Shown: positions 14,636 through 29,428 of the stretch, in pieces
Layout: the number at the start of each line of letters is the position of its first letter
Numbering within the stretch: position 1 is the stretch's first letter
Assembly: GCF_009914755.1 (NCBI RefSeq)
Contig: NC_060944.1
Length of the DNA: 64,000 nt
Strand: one strand, 5' to 3'
Source of the DNA: the human T2T-CHM13v2.0 reference genome, Homo sapiens
The notes under the pieces: generated by a model
Told to the model about the DNA's origin: nothing
What the model saw: the letters and a program-made list of their open reading frames with translations, nothing else
Databases searched by the model: none
Program-made: the position numbers and the translations under genes

Positions 14636-15315
14636 TTGTGAGAACTAAATAAGGTGAGGTATGTAAAGTCGCCAGCATAGTGCCTCATGCAGAGTAAGTG
14701 TTGATTCCTTGAGAGGAGGCTTACTTCTTGTCACCCCCTACCCCACTATCCCTGTGAAACACGACCTAGGAGGTCAGCTGCTCTCTGGAGAAATGCTGTC
14801 TAAAAAGGCAATCTGTAGTTGCAAGAAACCCACCAGGACTGGGAGCCTTTTGGTAAATATTTCTTTCACCCTCTGCTTCAGTGATAGAAACAGTAAGTCC
14901 CAGTTAAGCAGGATCAAAGTTTATCAGGCATCAGGACACACTGACTGCTGTCTTTCTGTCCTTCAGGCCATTCAGGTGTCTTCGCTCTTTCATTCAACAA
15001 CATCAAGCACCTACTGTGTGCCAGGTGCCGTATTAAGTGTAGAGGACAGAGTGGTACTAAAAGACAACACAGTCCTTGCTGCCAAGGAGCCAACAGTTAT
15101 AATGACAGCAACACACACCAGTTCAGGTCTATGTCCCTGTAATAAGGTAAGAACTTCAGGTCACAATCCAGATAATAAATATGGCATTGGTTTATTGTTC
15201 TTACTATCAACAGAATTGTGATTGGATCCTTATCCCACTAGGCTGGGTGGGGAGCTTAATCTCAGGCTGTCTCATATTCTAGTTGCTAATAATAACATCC
15301 AAGCCTCCTTAATAG

Positions 15316-15653
<338 letters not shown>

Positions 15654-16324
15654 TAGGTCAGGTCTTTACAAGCATTTCATCCTCTTGCAGCAATCTGATG
15701 AAAGCATTTAGGGAGCCCAGGAAGGGAGGCAATGGCGATCTGGAAGGATGAGCTGCTTGTCCTAGGATATACAGCTATGAAGTTTTTAACCGAGGTCTGG
15801 TTGGATTAGGGAGGGGACCTCTGCCATGGGGCAGTCATGACAGGTGCGGGGCGCCATCGTCTCCTCCAAGGGTGAGGCGTCTCCTTGAGGTGGGGTTTAC
15901 CCCATGGTTTCTGTTCTTGGGTGGCAGGGCCCTGAACTCCCGGGTGGGTGTTTCACCCTGGGAGGTGGCAGGGGTAGGGACAGGGTGTCTAAATCTCAGC
16001 AGAAACATCAGACGTGGCCACCAAGAATCAGCTAGATCATCCAGAGCAGCAGGCACAGCTTTAAGTGCACACGTCCACAGGCCTGGATGTTGTTTTAACA
16101 TTTAATTTGGTCCAGCATCAGCCAGCTAAACCTGCTCCTTATCCTCGGCCTGGCTGGCAGCTGCCCTTCAGGGAGCTAAACCGACTCCTGCGAGTGAGCG
16201 GCCAGGCCTTTTCGGGAGCCTTCCAGGTGTAACTCTGGGGAGGGTCCACATACCTCAGTCACTCACCCACTTTTCACACCCATGCACACTTACCTGTGTA
16301 CATTCACAGACACACTCACACACT

Positions 16325-16460
16325 ACTTTTGTTTTTTTTTAGAGATGGGATCTCATCTCACTATGTTGCCAGGCTGGTCTCGAACATCTGGCCTCTAGTG
16401 ATCCTCCCACCTTGGCCTCCCAAAGTCCTAGGATTTCAGGCGTAAGCCACTATGCCCAGC
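16325..16460 (-). mobile_element. Alu left monomer (FLAM-like)
   Basis: Single arm with T-tail. Confidence 0.8.
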
Positions 16461-17299
16461 CACACTTCTACATGCATGCTGCTTCTTGCAATCTCACACA
16501 CTCACACACACATGCACATGCCACTCCAGCACACCCACACATGCACACACACACACACCCCTCTCCTGAGCCACCCTGGGCCGCAACTCACCTGGCTTGA
16601 ATTTTGCTTTCCTCAGTTGACCCTGGCCCTGCAGATTGAGAGGCTGCACAGAGTTGAGGCCGGAGACAAGAGACTTATTTTTCACCTGGCTCAGCCACCA
16701 GGTCTCTTGCTGTCTCTGGGCCTTATTCCCCTAACAAAAACAACAGTCCACATTTATTGAGGATGCTGCGGATACAGTCTTATCTAAGACTCACAGCAGG
16801 CTCGCGGGAAATGGAGGCTCGGGTAGGGAAAACAGCCTGTCCAAGGTCACTCAAGCAGTAACCAGAAGACCTAGGGTTTGAACCCTGACTGTGGAACTCT
16901 AGCTACTTTGCTGTACGATTTCCCAGCCCACTTCATTCTCCCAATGAGGGCATGCTGTTATAATCCCATTTCACAGGCAAGGAAGCTGAGGCTGGTAGCG
17001 TGCAATAGTGCCTCGCACTGGACTTCTCTCCCTCCCTTGCTCACAGTGGGTTTCTTCCTGCCCAGGGCCCTGGCCCGCTTTTTTCTCTCTGCCTCCCTAC
17101 TTTGCCAAGTTCATTTCTCTTCTTCCTCTTGGTCTTACCCCAAATGCCATTTCTTCAGGAAGGCTTCTCTTACCCCCAAACTAGACCATACTCTCGCTTG
17201 AGGCTTTGACTGTGTGTTTTCTGTTTGCTAGTATCACACGTGACCCCCAGTGCCATGGCCTGAAGTACCTCTTGATTAGTTCACCTGCTCCTTAAGTCA

Positions 17300-17670
17300 G
17301 GCGTCTGGGTGGGCTCCACTGACCCTCTGTCCAGGGTCTCAGTGAGCCCAAGTCAAGGTGTCAGCAGACTGTGCCCCTTTCTGGAAGCTCAAAGGAGCAC
17401 CTGTTTCCCGCTCATTGGGGTGGTTGGCAGGATTCAGGTCCTCGGTTCCTCCCTTTCCAAGGCAGCAGCCTCGGGGTGAGTCTTCCCTCTGCCGCCCCTC
17501 TTCCCATTCCCTCTTGCACTTTGAAGGGTTCCTGTGAGGACACTGGGCCCTCTCCAATGGTCCAGGATGATCTCCCCATCTCCAGGCCAGCTGATTCACA
17601 ACCTCTGTTCCATCTGCTGCCCAAATTCCCCTTCGCCGAGCAGCCTAGAGTAGTTACAGGTTCTAAGACT
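17300..17670 (-). mobile_element. MLT1D-like LTR fragment
   Basis: AAGTCAAGGTGTCAGCAG..CCAGGATGATCTCCCCATCTC..CAGCTGATT. Confidence 0.65.
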
Positions 17671-20004
17671 GGGGTGAGGGCATTATTCTGCCCACCACAC
17701 TTCCCTTGCTCTTTCCTGCCGCCTGTTTTTACTAAATGTGTCATTATATATTTGTGTGCGGGATTATTTGTTTTCTCTCTGTCTCCCTCCCATAAATATC
17801 ATCTGCATGACTCAGGTTGGGTACATAGTGCCCGTACACAGGAGGCACCGAGTACAAATTCCCTGAACAGGTGGCAGCACTGGGGTCTGAACCTGCACCT
17901 CCATGTCATTCTTCACCAACAAAGTAGTTTGGATGCTCACTTTCTCCCCTGCCCCCCATCAGGTCGGCTGTGTCCAGTTGCACAGGCTGTAAACTGCACA
18001 ACTCCAGGGCACTATTCACAGCTTAGTCTCTGTGATCCTCGCAGTTGGGTGGGATCCCTCAGGACCTGTAGGCTGAAGCTCTGCTCCTGAACCTGAGCCT
18101 GTGTTCTAAATCTGGAGCCTGTGTTTATAACATTGGCTGCTCCTAGAATCATCCAGAGGGCTTTAAAAAACCCTCCTGCCCAGGTCATGCTGCAGACCAA
18201 CTGTGCCAGAATCCCTAGGGTGGCACTCGACACCCCAAGTGACTCGGAAGTGCAGCTGAGGTGCAAGCCTCCCTCCAGCAGGGATGCAGAGATAATTATG
18301 TAATAGAGGAAGAGCCCCCCCGCTCCCCACCCCGCACCCCCGTATACTTTGCATAACCGAGGCTGGGCAGCTTCCTCTCCCACAAGCCTGTTTCTTCACT
18401 CTGTGTGGCTGCAGCCTGGCTCTCTGGCTTCCTGTGGCCGATAAGCCGTCCTGCATCATTTACGACGCTGGGCCAACATCTGGCTGCCAGTGTGGTCACC
18501 AGTCCTGCTCCAGTGAGGGGGGGCAGTCATCTCTCCCGGTGACAAACTGCCTGCCCAGAGTGGCCTGAGGAGAGGGAGAGCAAAACCACATCATCGAGCC
18601 CCTTGCTCGGGACTCACTGGAGGGTTGCTGGATCCTAAGTTTTACTTGGCTTTGGGAAATTTGCTGGCACATTAGTTGCGAATATTTTGCTCTGAGGGTC
18701 TGAGTGCAGTCTTCGAGGTCTCAGCATCTTGCTTCTAGGGCAGGTGATGAAGTGCACTGGAGGCTGGGGCATGGCCGGGTGAGCTGAGGTGCTGGGAGCA
18801 GCAGGGACCATCTGGGGCAAACTGCTGCCAACACACTGGGTTTCTAGGGTGGACCCGGCCTGAGAAAGGACGGAGGGGGTGGCTTGGAGGGGCCCGGAGA
18901 GCGTGCAGGCCACAGATGGCACTGTGTCTGCACACTTCACCTTCTGTGAGAAATACTCATGACCCTCTTGCTCTGTCGAGCCCCGGCCGGGAGGTGTGTG
19001 GTTGCAGCCGCTTGGTCACGTCCCCTCATGTGGAAGGTACAGTCCCTATGGGCACACAAGCCCAGGGCTGGGCCCAGCACCCGCAGCTAGCCAGCCCCGG
19101 AGCCCCCCGAAGGAGTCCCCCAGGCCAGCACTCCTCACCTCTGGGCATCCACCTCCCCCTTTCCCAGAGGGCTGTGTATCTTTGGCCTCCTGTCTGGGGG
19201 CCTCGGCATTCCTTTTCTTTCTCTTTCCTCCTCAGTGAAGCTGGCAGTGGGGTGGAGACAATTCAGGTCTGACTGCCTCAGCAGCAAAGAAGGGGGGATG
19301 GCAGCTCATCCCAGGCAGACCCCGAAGGTGAAACATCCGCATGGCACACCAGTGCACTTGTGGCTATTGCAGCCCCATAGTCAAAACTCCGGGATGTCAC
19401 CATGCTGAGGGCTCTGTCACATCCCCTGCTCTGGCTTGGCCAAGCTCCAGATGGGGACAATCACATGCCTCGCCTTGCCCCAAGAAAGAGAAGGAGATAA
19501 TGGAAGACCACCCTTCTCCATGGTGCCACGTGGTGATGCTTGCTCTTGCTTACTGAGCACTCACGGGGGACCATTCTCAGCCTGGCTGCGTATGAGTGTA
19601 TTCAGTTCTCACAACAGCCCTGCAGCCACGTAAATCCTCTTTGTACCCATCTTGTAGATAAGAACACCAAGGCACAGAGAGGTCAGGTAACCAGCCCGGG
19701 CCCGCACAGCCCATGGGGACAGTGCTGGTGTTGGGATGCAGGCCTGACCTCCCCAGGCACCCCGAGTCCTGCTGCCCCTTAGAAGGAGGCCCAGGAGCCT
19801 TGTCTTTGCGGGGCTATGAGAGGGGATGCTGCTGTTCCCACTGCAGAGGTCACAGGGGAGCGCTTCCGCTGCTCAAGAGGAACCGGAACTTTGGAAACCA
19901 CATTCTTATCTGCCCCTCACAAGAGCGGCAACTTGGCAACACTCATGAGCAATTAGGGTTGGATGAGTCTTCAGGATGGGTCTTCATCTGCTTACTCGTT
20001 CACT

Positions 20005-20839
<835 letters not shown>

Positions 20840-20913
20840 TCAGGGCTTGATTCTGACTTTGACAAAGGAATGCCTGTGGAAGGCAGGACACCTGGTGGAG
20901 TTAAAATGACTGT

Positions 20914-21578
<665 letters not shown>

Positions 21579-21799
21579 TTATCAGGTAAGAGTTGGTGAT
21601 ATGTGATGACGTGGGGTCATCAGACTGGCAGAGAGGTTGGAGAACCAGAAACTCCAGAGGGCTAGGAGGTGAATGAGTGTGACTAGACATGCACCTGGGC
21701 AGCCGAGTCTCCAGCCTCTAAGCTCCTGTCCTGCCCTCTTCCAGGCCAGCAGATGCCCAAGTCTCTCCCGTCCCCACCACCTCCAGCCCTTTGTTGCTT

Positions 21800-21950
21800 T
21801 CACTTGAGCCCAGGAGGTGGAGGCTGCAGTGAGCCATGGTCATGCCACCGCCCTCCAGGCTGGGCGACAGAGTGAGATCCCTCCAAGAAAGAAGACAGAA
21901 AGAAAAAAAGATAGAAGGGAAGGAATGGAGGGAGGGAGGAAGGCAGGCAG
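21800..21950 (+). mobile_element. Alu right-arm fragment with GA-rich tail
   Basis: CACTTGAGCCCAGGAGGTGGAGGCTGCAGTGAGCC. Confidence 0.8.
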
Positions 21951-22094
21951 GCAGGCTGCAAAGATTTCAGCCTGAGCAGTGAGGGGCACGGAGGGTGCAC
22001 CTGTGGAGATGGGAGATGGGGGAAGAGCAGGTATGAGGGAGAAAATTCTGAGTCCTGCTTTCGACGTTGCATTTGTCTGCAAGACTGCTTAGCT

Positions 22095-22475
22095 AATTCC
22101 TGAAAATTGGGTGGCTTAAAGCAGCAGAAATTTAAATCCCAAATCAAGGTGTGGGCAGGGCTGTTTCCGTCCGGAGGCTCTGAGGGAGAATCCGTTCCAG
22201 CCTCTCTTCCAGCTTCTGTGGGCACCAGAGATCCTTGGAGCTCCTTGGCCTGCGGTGGCATCGCTCTAATCCCTGCCACCGTCTTCACACAGCCTTCTCC
22301 TTGTGTCTCGGAGTCTCTTCTTTCTCCTATAAGGATACCAGTCATTGGATTTAGTGCACAACCTAATCCTATATGACCTCATCTGAACTAATTCCATCTG
22401 CAAAGCCCCTATTTCCAGATAAGGTCACATTCTGAGGTTCTGGATGAACATGAATTCTGGGGGACACCGTTGCAG
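22095..22475 (-). mobile_element. MLT1C-like MaLR LTR
   Basis: GGTGGCTTAAAGCAGCAGAAATT..GGAGGCTCTGAGGGAGAATCCGTTCC..CCAGATAAGGTCACATTCTGAGG. Confidence 0.8.
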
Positions 22476-24334
22476 GCGGTGCAGATGCGTTAAGATTAAT
22501 ATGTGATGATAGGCCCGCCTGGCGCTGCTGAGAAGGTGGTGGGCCCTGAGCTGGAGGTCAGCAGGTGGTCCAGGCTGGAAATCAAAATTGGGAGTCATTG
22601 TCTTAGCCATGGCGTGTCTGCCACTGTCCTGGATGTGACACCGAGGAGGGAGGGTGAACAGAGAATAGGCGAGAGGTCAGAGTCCGGGGCCTCCCCAGGC
22701 ACCTGTTAGAAGAACCTGGGGATTCTGCAGGAGGCTGGGACCCACCCTGAGAGGTCCAGATTAAAGAGATGAGGTGGTAAGAGCTCCTCAGGGCATACGG
22801 GGGTGCAACTTGCATAAGCACCCCTGATTAAAGCTGGTTCGTGCGTGGGACCCAGTGACGCTCTGATGGCTGTTACATAGAAGTAGTTCAGTGCCTCCTG
22901 AAAGGACAGGTGTGAGTGGCACTTGCCATTGATTCTGATGAGCCTCCTCCTCCTCAGAGCACGGTCTTGCAGGGCTGTGCTTGCCCCCTGGATCTCCTCA
23001 CTGTTGGAGGGCCCTTGGAGTCCCTGGGGGCCAGAGAGATTGTGTGTGCATGCAATGGGCAGGGCAGCAATTTGACATTCAAATTTGTTTTCTCAGCTCA
23101 CCAGGGCTGCTGGGCCCCGGCTTGAATGGGCTTTAGAAATCAGATGACAAGGAGAAGTGTTCTTTGAACTTCCATTACCCTCCAGCCTGGCCCTATGCTG
23201 CTACCTCCCACCAATCCCCCACGACACCTTGGCCACACACAGGCTTTCTTGGGTTGTCTCAAACATGTTGAGCTCCTCTCAACCTTGGTGGCCTTTGAAT
23301 GCATTCTTTCCTTCTTCTGGGAATCCTGTTTTCTTCCCCCCATTCCTCTCTGGCTGACTTGGATTCACCATTCAGTTCTCAGCTTCGTTGTCACTTTCTC
23401 CAAGAAGGCTTCCGTGATTGCTCTTCCCCCTGACCCTGAAGCTTGGGCTTGTCCACTGTTATAAGTTCTCATAGTTCCAATGCTTTCCCATCATTGCACA
23501 CATCAGAATCTATTTAAATAATTATTTCTGCAGTTATTTGTCAATTGTATGTCTCTGTTGCTAGGATACAGGGACCTTGCCTGTCTTGCCTGCCATGTCG
23601 CCCCCAGCACCTATGACAGGGTGTGGCTCCCAATAGCTGGTCACTAACATCCGCTGGTGGAGGGATAGGTCTGGTTGGAGGGGAAGGTTTGGTTCAGTGC
23701 CCGGGGGTCAGGGGATATTCCTGATGGTGGCACAGCTATTTGAGAGAGGCCGCAGCATCTGATAAAGAAAATAAACCAGCCAGTTGGGCCACTGGACGCC
23801 TCAGTCACTGCCACCACGTCCACAGCCATTGCAGAAGGGGCAGCTCACTCAGGGTGGCCATGTGTGGGGAGACTTAATCCCGCCCCTATGGTGCAGATAT
23901 TGAACCGTGGGTGCGCATCTGACCTAGGGGGAGCCGATCATTGGCGCCAACAGATGACCTGAGCCAGTCCAAACTCTCTTAGGGATTTAAGAAACCCTGA
24001 GAATATAATGCAGATGACGAGATGACAGCAGGGTGTGACGCTGATGGTTTCTGGGGCAGAGGCAAGCCAGGCAGGCCACGTCGGCCACCTCCTTGGCGCT
24101 CCCCAGGTATGCCGGGCACATTTCAGCCCCGGGGCCTTTGCACGGCCTGGAAGGCTCTTCCCCAGGCGGCTGCATGTCTCGCACCCTCACCTCCTAGGTC
24201 TTTGTTCTCATGTTCTCTTTTCAATGAGGTGTACGCTGACCACCTCTCTCACCACTTATAAACCTAATTCTCCCCCATAAACACTTGACTTCTCCCCATC
24301 ATTTACATCCCCATCTGACATACTTGACTCCTTT

Positions 24335-24481
24335 TTGTTTTGTTTTGTTTTGTTTTTTTGTAGAGATGGGAGGGTCTCGCTATGTTGCCCAGGCTGGTCC
24401 TGAACTCCTGGTCTCGGGTGATCCTCCTGCCTTGGTCTCCCAAAGTGCTGAGATTACTGGTGGGAGCCACTGCGCCCAGCC
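24335..24481 (-). mobile_element. Alu left monomer (FLAM-like)
   Basis: (TTTTG)n tail plus left arm. Confidence 0.85.
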
Positions 24482-24997
24482 CTTTCTTGCTCTTGGTTGA
24501 CTTTCTTTCCTCACTAGAATATAGGAAACATGGCTCTAAGAGGGGCCGTGAGCATGGTCTGTGGAGTCTGGGAGACCTAGGTTCAAATCCCAGTCTCACC
24601 ACTTTTTACCTGTGTGACCTGGGTGTGGGACTCTCTCTCGGGGCCCCCGTTTCCATCTCAACCAGGGTCACAGTGGGAGGCTGTCATTGAGGCTAAGGTC
24701 AAGGCAGGTGAAGGTGCTTTGTCAACTGGGAAGAATGGATGGGTTTGCGAAGTTCGCCCTTTGTTCTAGAAAGGAAAAAACGCGTGAAGCTTCCAGATGG
24801 GAACTTTCTGTCCCTGCATGTTCCATGCAGAGGCTCCATGGGGATGAAGTTCAATATTTCTTGTGGAAAGTCACTTCTCATCTCTCGCTGTGATTCTTTC
24901 AGAACTGAGGCTTCCTGGGTGCCTTGCACTGCAGCCAGCCACGTTCCAGGGAGCGGCAGCTCCTCGAACCAGAAGTTCTGAGATTGAATCCTGGGAC

Positions 24998-25482
24998 TGT
25001 AACCTGGTAACTGCACTAGACAAATCTGGTTCAACTTTTATGTAACAAAGTTGTGAGTTGTTTTCAGTTGCTATGAACCCCCAGGTTGAAGGTCACATAA
25101 CCTGGGCATGCCCAGACACACCAAGCATGCAGCCAGGGACGGAACCTAAGTGCTCGAGCCAGGATGCGGGGACTGAATTAAGAAGTGGACACTGCATGGC
25201 AGGATCCAGGATCCAATCAGATTGAGCCCTGGCGTCACCCCATGGCAGGATCTAATCAGATCACACCTCCTGGCATCACCTGATGGGAACAGCCAATCAG
25301 ATCACACCTCATTATCCTATGCTTATAAAACCTGACCTAGCCCCCAGCCGGGAGACAGATTTGAGTGTTTCCTCCTGTCTCCTTGCCACTCACAGTAAAC
25401 CTTTCTCGCTGCAAAAACGCAGTGCCTTGGTGTTTGGCTTTCTGCTGCATGTGGGCAATAGACCCAGTTCGGTTCAGTGACT
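24998..25482 (+). mobile_element. Solo ERV LTR (ERVL-class, LTR32/LTR47-like; subfamily uncertain)
   Basis: TGTAAC start, internal GGCAGGATC(C/T)AATCAGAT repeats, TATAAAA at 25324-25330, AGTAAA poly(A)-like signal, and ...CCCAGTTCGGTTCAGTGAC end. Confidence 0.7.
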
Positions 25483-26054
25483 GACCTAGTTGGCAGTGAG
25501 CTCAGCACATGACGCAGTGGCTCAGGACTCCACTCAGCAAGTTCCCTGGGACTGCATCCCTTTATTGTCCCATTTTCCAGGGAGGAAACCAAGGCTCACC
25601 ATGGCGAAGGGGATGCCCGTGGTCACAGCGAGTGAGTGGAGGAGCGAGATCTCTAACCCAGGCGTGTGGCATACTCGACCCTGAGCACCAAAACATGCTT
25701 GCTAGAACCATGACAACAACGTCAACAACGACAAATAACAGTGACTGGGTGTTTGCCGTGTGCCAGGCATTGTTCTAAGTGCTCCGTGGGAACTACGCTG
25801 ACCACCCCATGAAGGAAGTGCTCTTTCAGATCCCATTTTGCAAATGAGGAAACCGAGGCTAGCAAGCAGTCAGACTGGAATGGGAGCCCAGGAGGCCTGC
25901 CTGCAGGAGCCGAGAGCTCACCACTGCACCATGCATTTCATTCATTATCCTATGCTTAGTGTTTAGTGTTTATCCTACGTTTAGATGTTTAGTGGACCGT
26001 TCTGTCCTCTGACCCCAGCCGACAAGCTCTCCTAGGTTCTGGTGGTGAGAGTTA

Positions 26055-26642
26055 CATTGGTTTCTATGATGTGTAACAAATTATCACAAACTTAGTGGCT
26101 TCAACAACACTCATTCATTATCTGTTTTAATGGGTCATGAGTCTGGCACGTTCTAGCTGGGTCCACTGCCCAGGGCCTGACAAGGCTGCAGTCAAGGTGG
26201 TGGCTGGGCTGCATTCTCATTTGGAGGCTCAACTGGGGAAAATCCACTTTCAAGCTCCCTCTGGTTGATGGCAGGATTCATTTCCCTGCAGCCATAGGAC
26301 TGAGGTCCCTGTTGTCTGTCCAGCTGTTGGCTGGGACTGCTGTCGGTTTCTAGAGGCTACTCACAGGTCCTTATCACGTGATCCCTCCTGGGGCCCTTTC
26401 ACACGTCCAATCTCTGACTTCAAGAAAGGCTCAGTTCCTTTTAAGAGCTCATCTGCTTAAGCCAGGCCCACCCAGAACCATCTCCCTTTTGAGGAACTGC
26501 AAGTCAACTAAGTAGTAATTTTCTCATGGCATGATACGCCACCATATCTACAGTCCTGCCCACATTTCAGGGAAGGGGGTTATACAGGGAGTCTACAGCA
26601 GGGGCTGGGATTCTGGGCCATCTTAGAATTCTGCCTCCCACA
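26055..26642 (-). mobile_element. MLT1 LTR
   Basis: TGTAACAAATTATCACAAACTTAGTGGCTT..GGGCCATCTTAGAATTCTGCCTCCCACA. Confidence 0.78.
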
Positions 26643-26874
26643 AGGGGATGGGGGCCTTTCTGTGCTGTGAAGGAAGACAAGGCTTCTCTCTGGAAGGATT
26701 CCCAGCCACAGTGCCTCAGAAAGAAAAGTTAGCAAGAGGCATGGGCCCCTTTCCAAAGCCTTCCCTCAGCCAGCTTTGGGAATTTCTCCAAGTCTTGGGC
26801 ACTGTGTTTGGTAATCCAGTGTGGATTCAGCTCCTGTGTGGCTGTAACCTTTGCAAGAGAGGGAGATAGCACAC

Positions 26875-27330
26875 TGCTAAGGGCTCTTTCTGTCTTGAGT
26901 GACACAAAACCAGACTCAACGGGTTTAAGAAAAACGATTTGTGTGTAACTGACATGGTCTGGGCGCTTCCTGCCTTCAGGCACAGATGGATCCAGGGGCT
27001 CAAATGCTGTCATCAGGACTTGATTTTTCTCCATCTCTTACTCTCCCACCTTTTTCAGTCAGCCCCTGGCAGCCCAGGGCTTACTTCCTCCCACCTCCCC
27101 TTCCAATAGAAAGTCAAATTCTTTCTTCCCAATAGTGGCGCAGAATTAACTCCTGTTGGACTGATGTGAGTCCTGTTCCCATCCCTAAGCCAATCACTGA
27201 GTCCTGCGGGATGAAATAATCTGATTGGCCAGGACTGAGTCACATGTCTACCTTGGGCTTTGAGAGTGGGGTTTTACCTCCCCAGACTACAGGAATTCAA
27301 GCTGTGGTGGTGGGGGGGGGGCCCTCTCAG
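26875..27330 (-). mobile_element. Old MLT1 (K/L-like) fragment
   Basis: AGTGACACAAAACCAGACTCAA..GGATCCAGGGGCTCAAATGCTGTCATCAGG..CTGATTGGCCAGG. Confidence 0.6.
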
Positions 27331-29221
27331 AAAATCCTGAGTGCTGTTTCCAGAAAATGTGGCAATGCATACTGGGGGTGGGGGTGGCAGAAACAACAGT
27401 TGTCTTCCCCATCTGGCGAGAAAGTGGAGTGGTGTAAGCACCGCCCCATCCCACACCATCCAGGGGCCAGAAGCGACTGAGGGGACTATGAAGCCAGCGG
27501 GGCTGCGGGCGGAGGGTTGGGGGTCGGGGAGAGGGGAGGGGGAACTAGTAGCCGCTCCCTGAGATGGGTGAATAGAGGGAGGGGCAGCAGAAATGCAACG
27601 GTCTCAGGGGAAGAAGGAGACTTCCCAAGACTGGGAAGGGAAGGGGAGAGGAGGTGAGGGGGGTCTATGCCTGGGGAGACCGTTTCCCTAGGGCACTGTC
27701 GCCCAGCAGCACTGGCCTCCCCCAGTCTCAGGGACTCCAGGTGCTGCCAAGTTCTCCAGCCTCAGCTCAGCCAGAGGCTGCAGATCCACCCTGTCTAGGG
27801 GTCAGCAGCCTCTGACAATGAGCACTTAAAGGTAGACAGTGTGAACTGAAGACCAGCCAGCTCCTGGAATGTTCGTTCCACCTGGGGCAAGACCCTGAGT
27901 CTTTACATTACCTGGAGGCAGTGGGGCAGGACTGGCTGTGTGATTTGTAAGGCCCAGGGCAGAATGAAAACGGGGAGCCTCTGGTTCAGAACAATGGAGG
28001 ACTTCCAGGCCGGGGCAGCAGAGCCTCACAGCAAGGCGGCACTCTGAGCTCAGGGCCTGTGGGGCTGCCCGGCACTTCCCTGTGGGAAATCAAGTTTCAT
28101 TTGACTTAGAAAAACAGTTAAGTGATGCCTCCTGCCCTCACTGGGGTGTCCTTTTTACCCCGGGCACTTCTCCTGGGCTCCTGCGCTCCTGGCGCTGAGG
28201 TAAGAGGAGACACACGCAACCTTGCTGGCCTGGCCAGGAGGAGCCCACAGCCGTCATTTCAGACAGAGGAACCTGAGCCGGACGTGAACCTGGGTTCAGA
28301 CACTGCCGTTGCTGTGGGTGAGCGGCTGTTCTGCCTGTGGAGCAGCATCGGGTGGGTGGTTGCCTGGCACCGTGACTGTTAGGAGAACTTCTGCATGGCC
28401 GGGGTGTACTTTATGGGGGGTGCGGCCCCCTGTAATCGCTCTGCAGTCTGGGCACCCTGTGATGGGGGCCTGGTCCTCATCTGCGGCTGCCTCGGCTGGC
28501 TCCGATGTGAGGTGAGGAGTTAACCCCTGCCCTAGGCTCCCTTGCTCCTCTTGCCACCCGCCTCCCCACCACTAGCCCCTGACTGCCTCCCTGCTGTCAC
28601 CAGGGTCCCTTTGCTTTGTGCTGGGGGGACCTGCCACCTCCCCCTCCCCTATGTGCCCCATCTGAAGGCGTCCCGTGGGTCCCCAGGTGTAATCGTGCAG
28701 GAGCCTTCCCCAGCGCACATCCCTGAGTCTGCGGGCCAGGGCCTGTCCTCCTGGCCGCCATTGGCCAGAGGCGTCCCAGGGCTGTCCTGGGAATGTCTCT
28801 GGAACAGCAGGTCCTTCCAGTGCTGGGTTCCATCCTGCAGCGTGGTTAATGGGCATGTAGAAGGCACAATGTGCCCAGCTGCTGCCCAGGACAGAGTGGA
28901 CATGGCCTGCCTGGGAGCTGATTCTCTTCTGGGAATGCGGGATGCAGAGAAGTACCATGGGGAACGGCGGACAGCATGCTGGCCGCAGGCCACTGACTAG
29001 CTTATCTCCTGTAGCTGCCTGGTGACAATTTGACTTTTCCCACAGTTCCTCCCACTGCCCTTCTTGACAATGGGGTGGGTCACTCTGACCTCTTGATTGA
29101 CTTGCACTTTGACCAAAGGGGAACTCCGGGGGAGGCTGGAGGAGCCAGGCCTGGGATGAAGGCATCTGTTGAAAGCCGTCTCTGGGTTGCATTGTCTGAA
29201 AGCCAAGAGATGCCTGAACGA

Positions 29222-29428
29222 AGGTGGCTTTGTGGGCATGTGACTTGGGTGGTCATATAGACACCTGCACTCTGGAAGGACCCCACGTGCCAAAGGACCC
29301 CACACTCCAAAGGACCTCATGATTGGTTTAATGCCTTACTGGTCACTGTTGGTTTAAGGACTCCTTTGAACAGGGCCCTTTCGTTTTCATCTTGCACTGG
29401 GCCCTACAAATTACACAGCCGGTCCTGG
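29222..29428. mobile_element. MER91-like hAT (Tip100) remnant
   Basis: TTTGAACAGGGCCC..TTTTCATCTTGCACTGGGCCCTACAAATTACACAGCCGGTCCTG. Confidence 0.7.

Noticed and set aside
17371-18090. 239-aa ORF
   Set aside because: It spans MLT1/L2-derived sequence, has no protein-family signal and has a non-ATG start.
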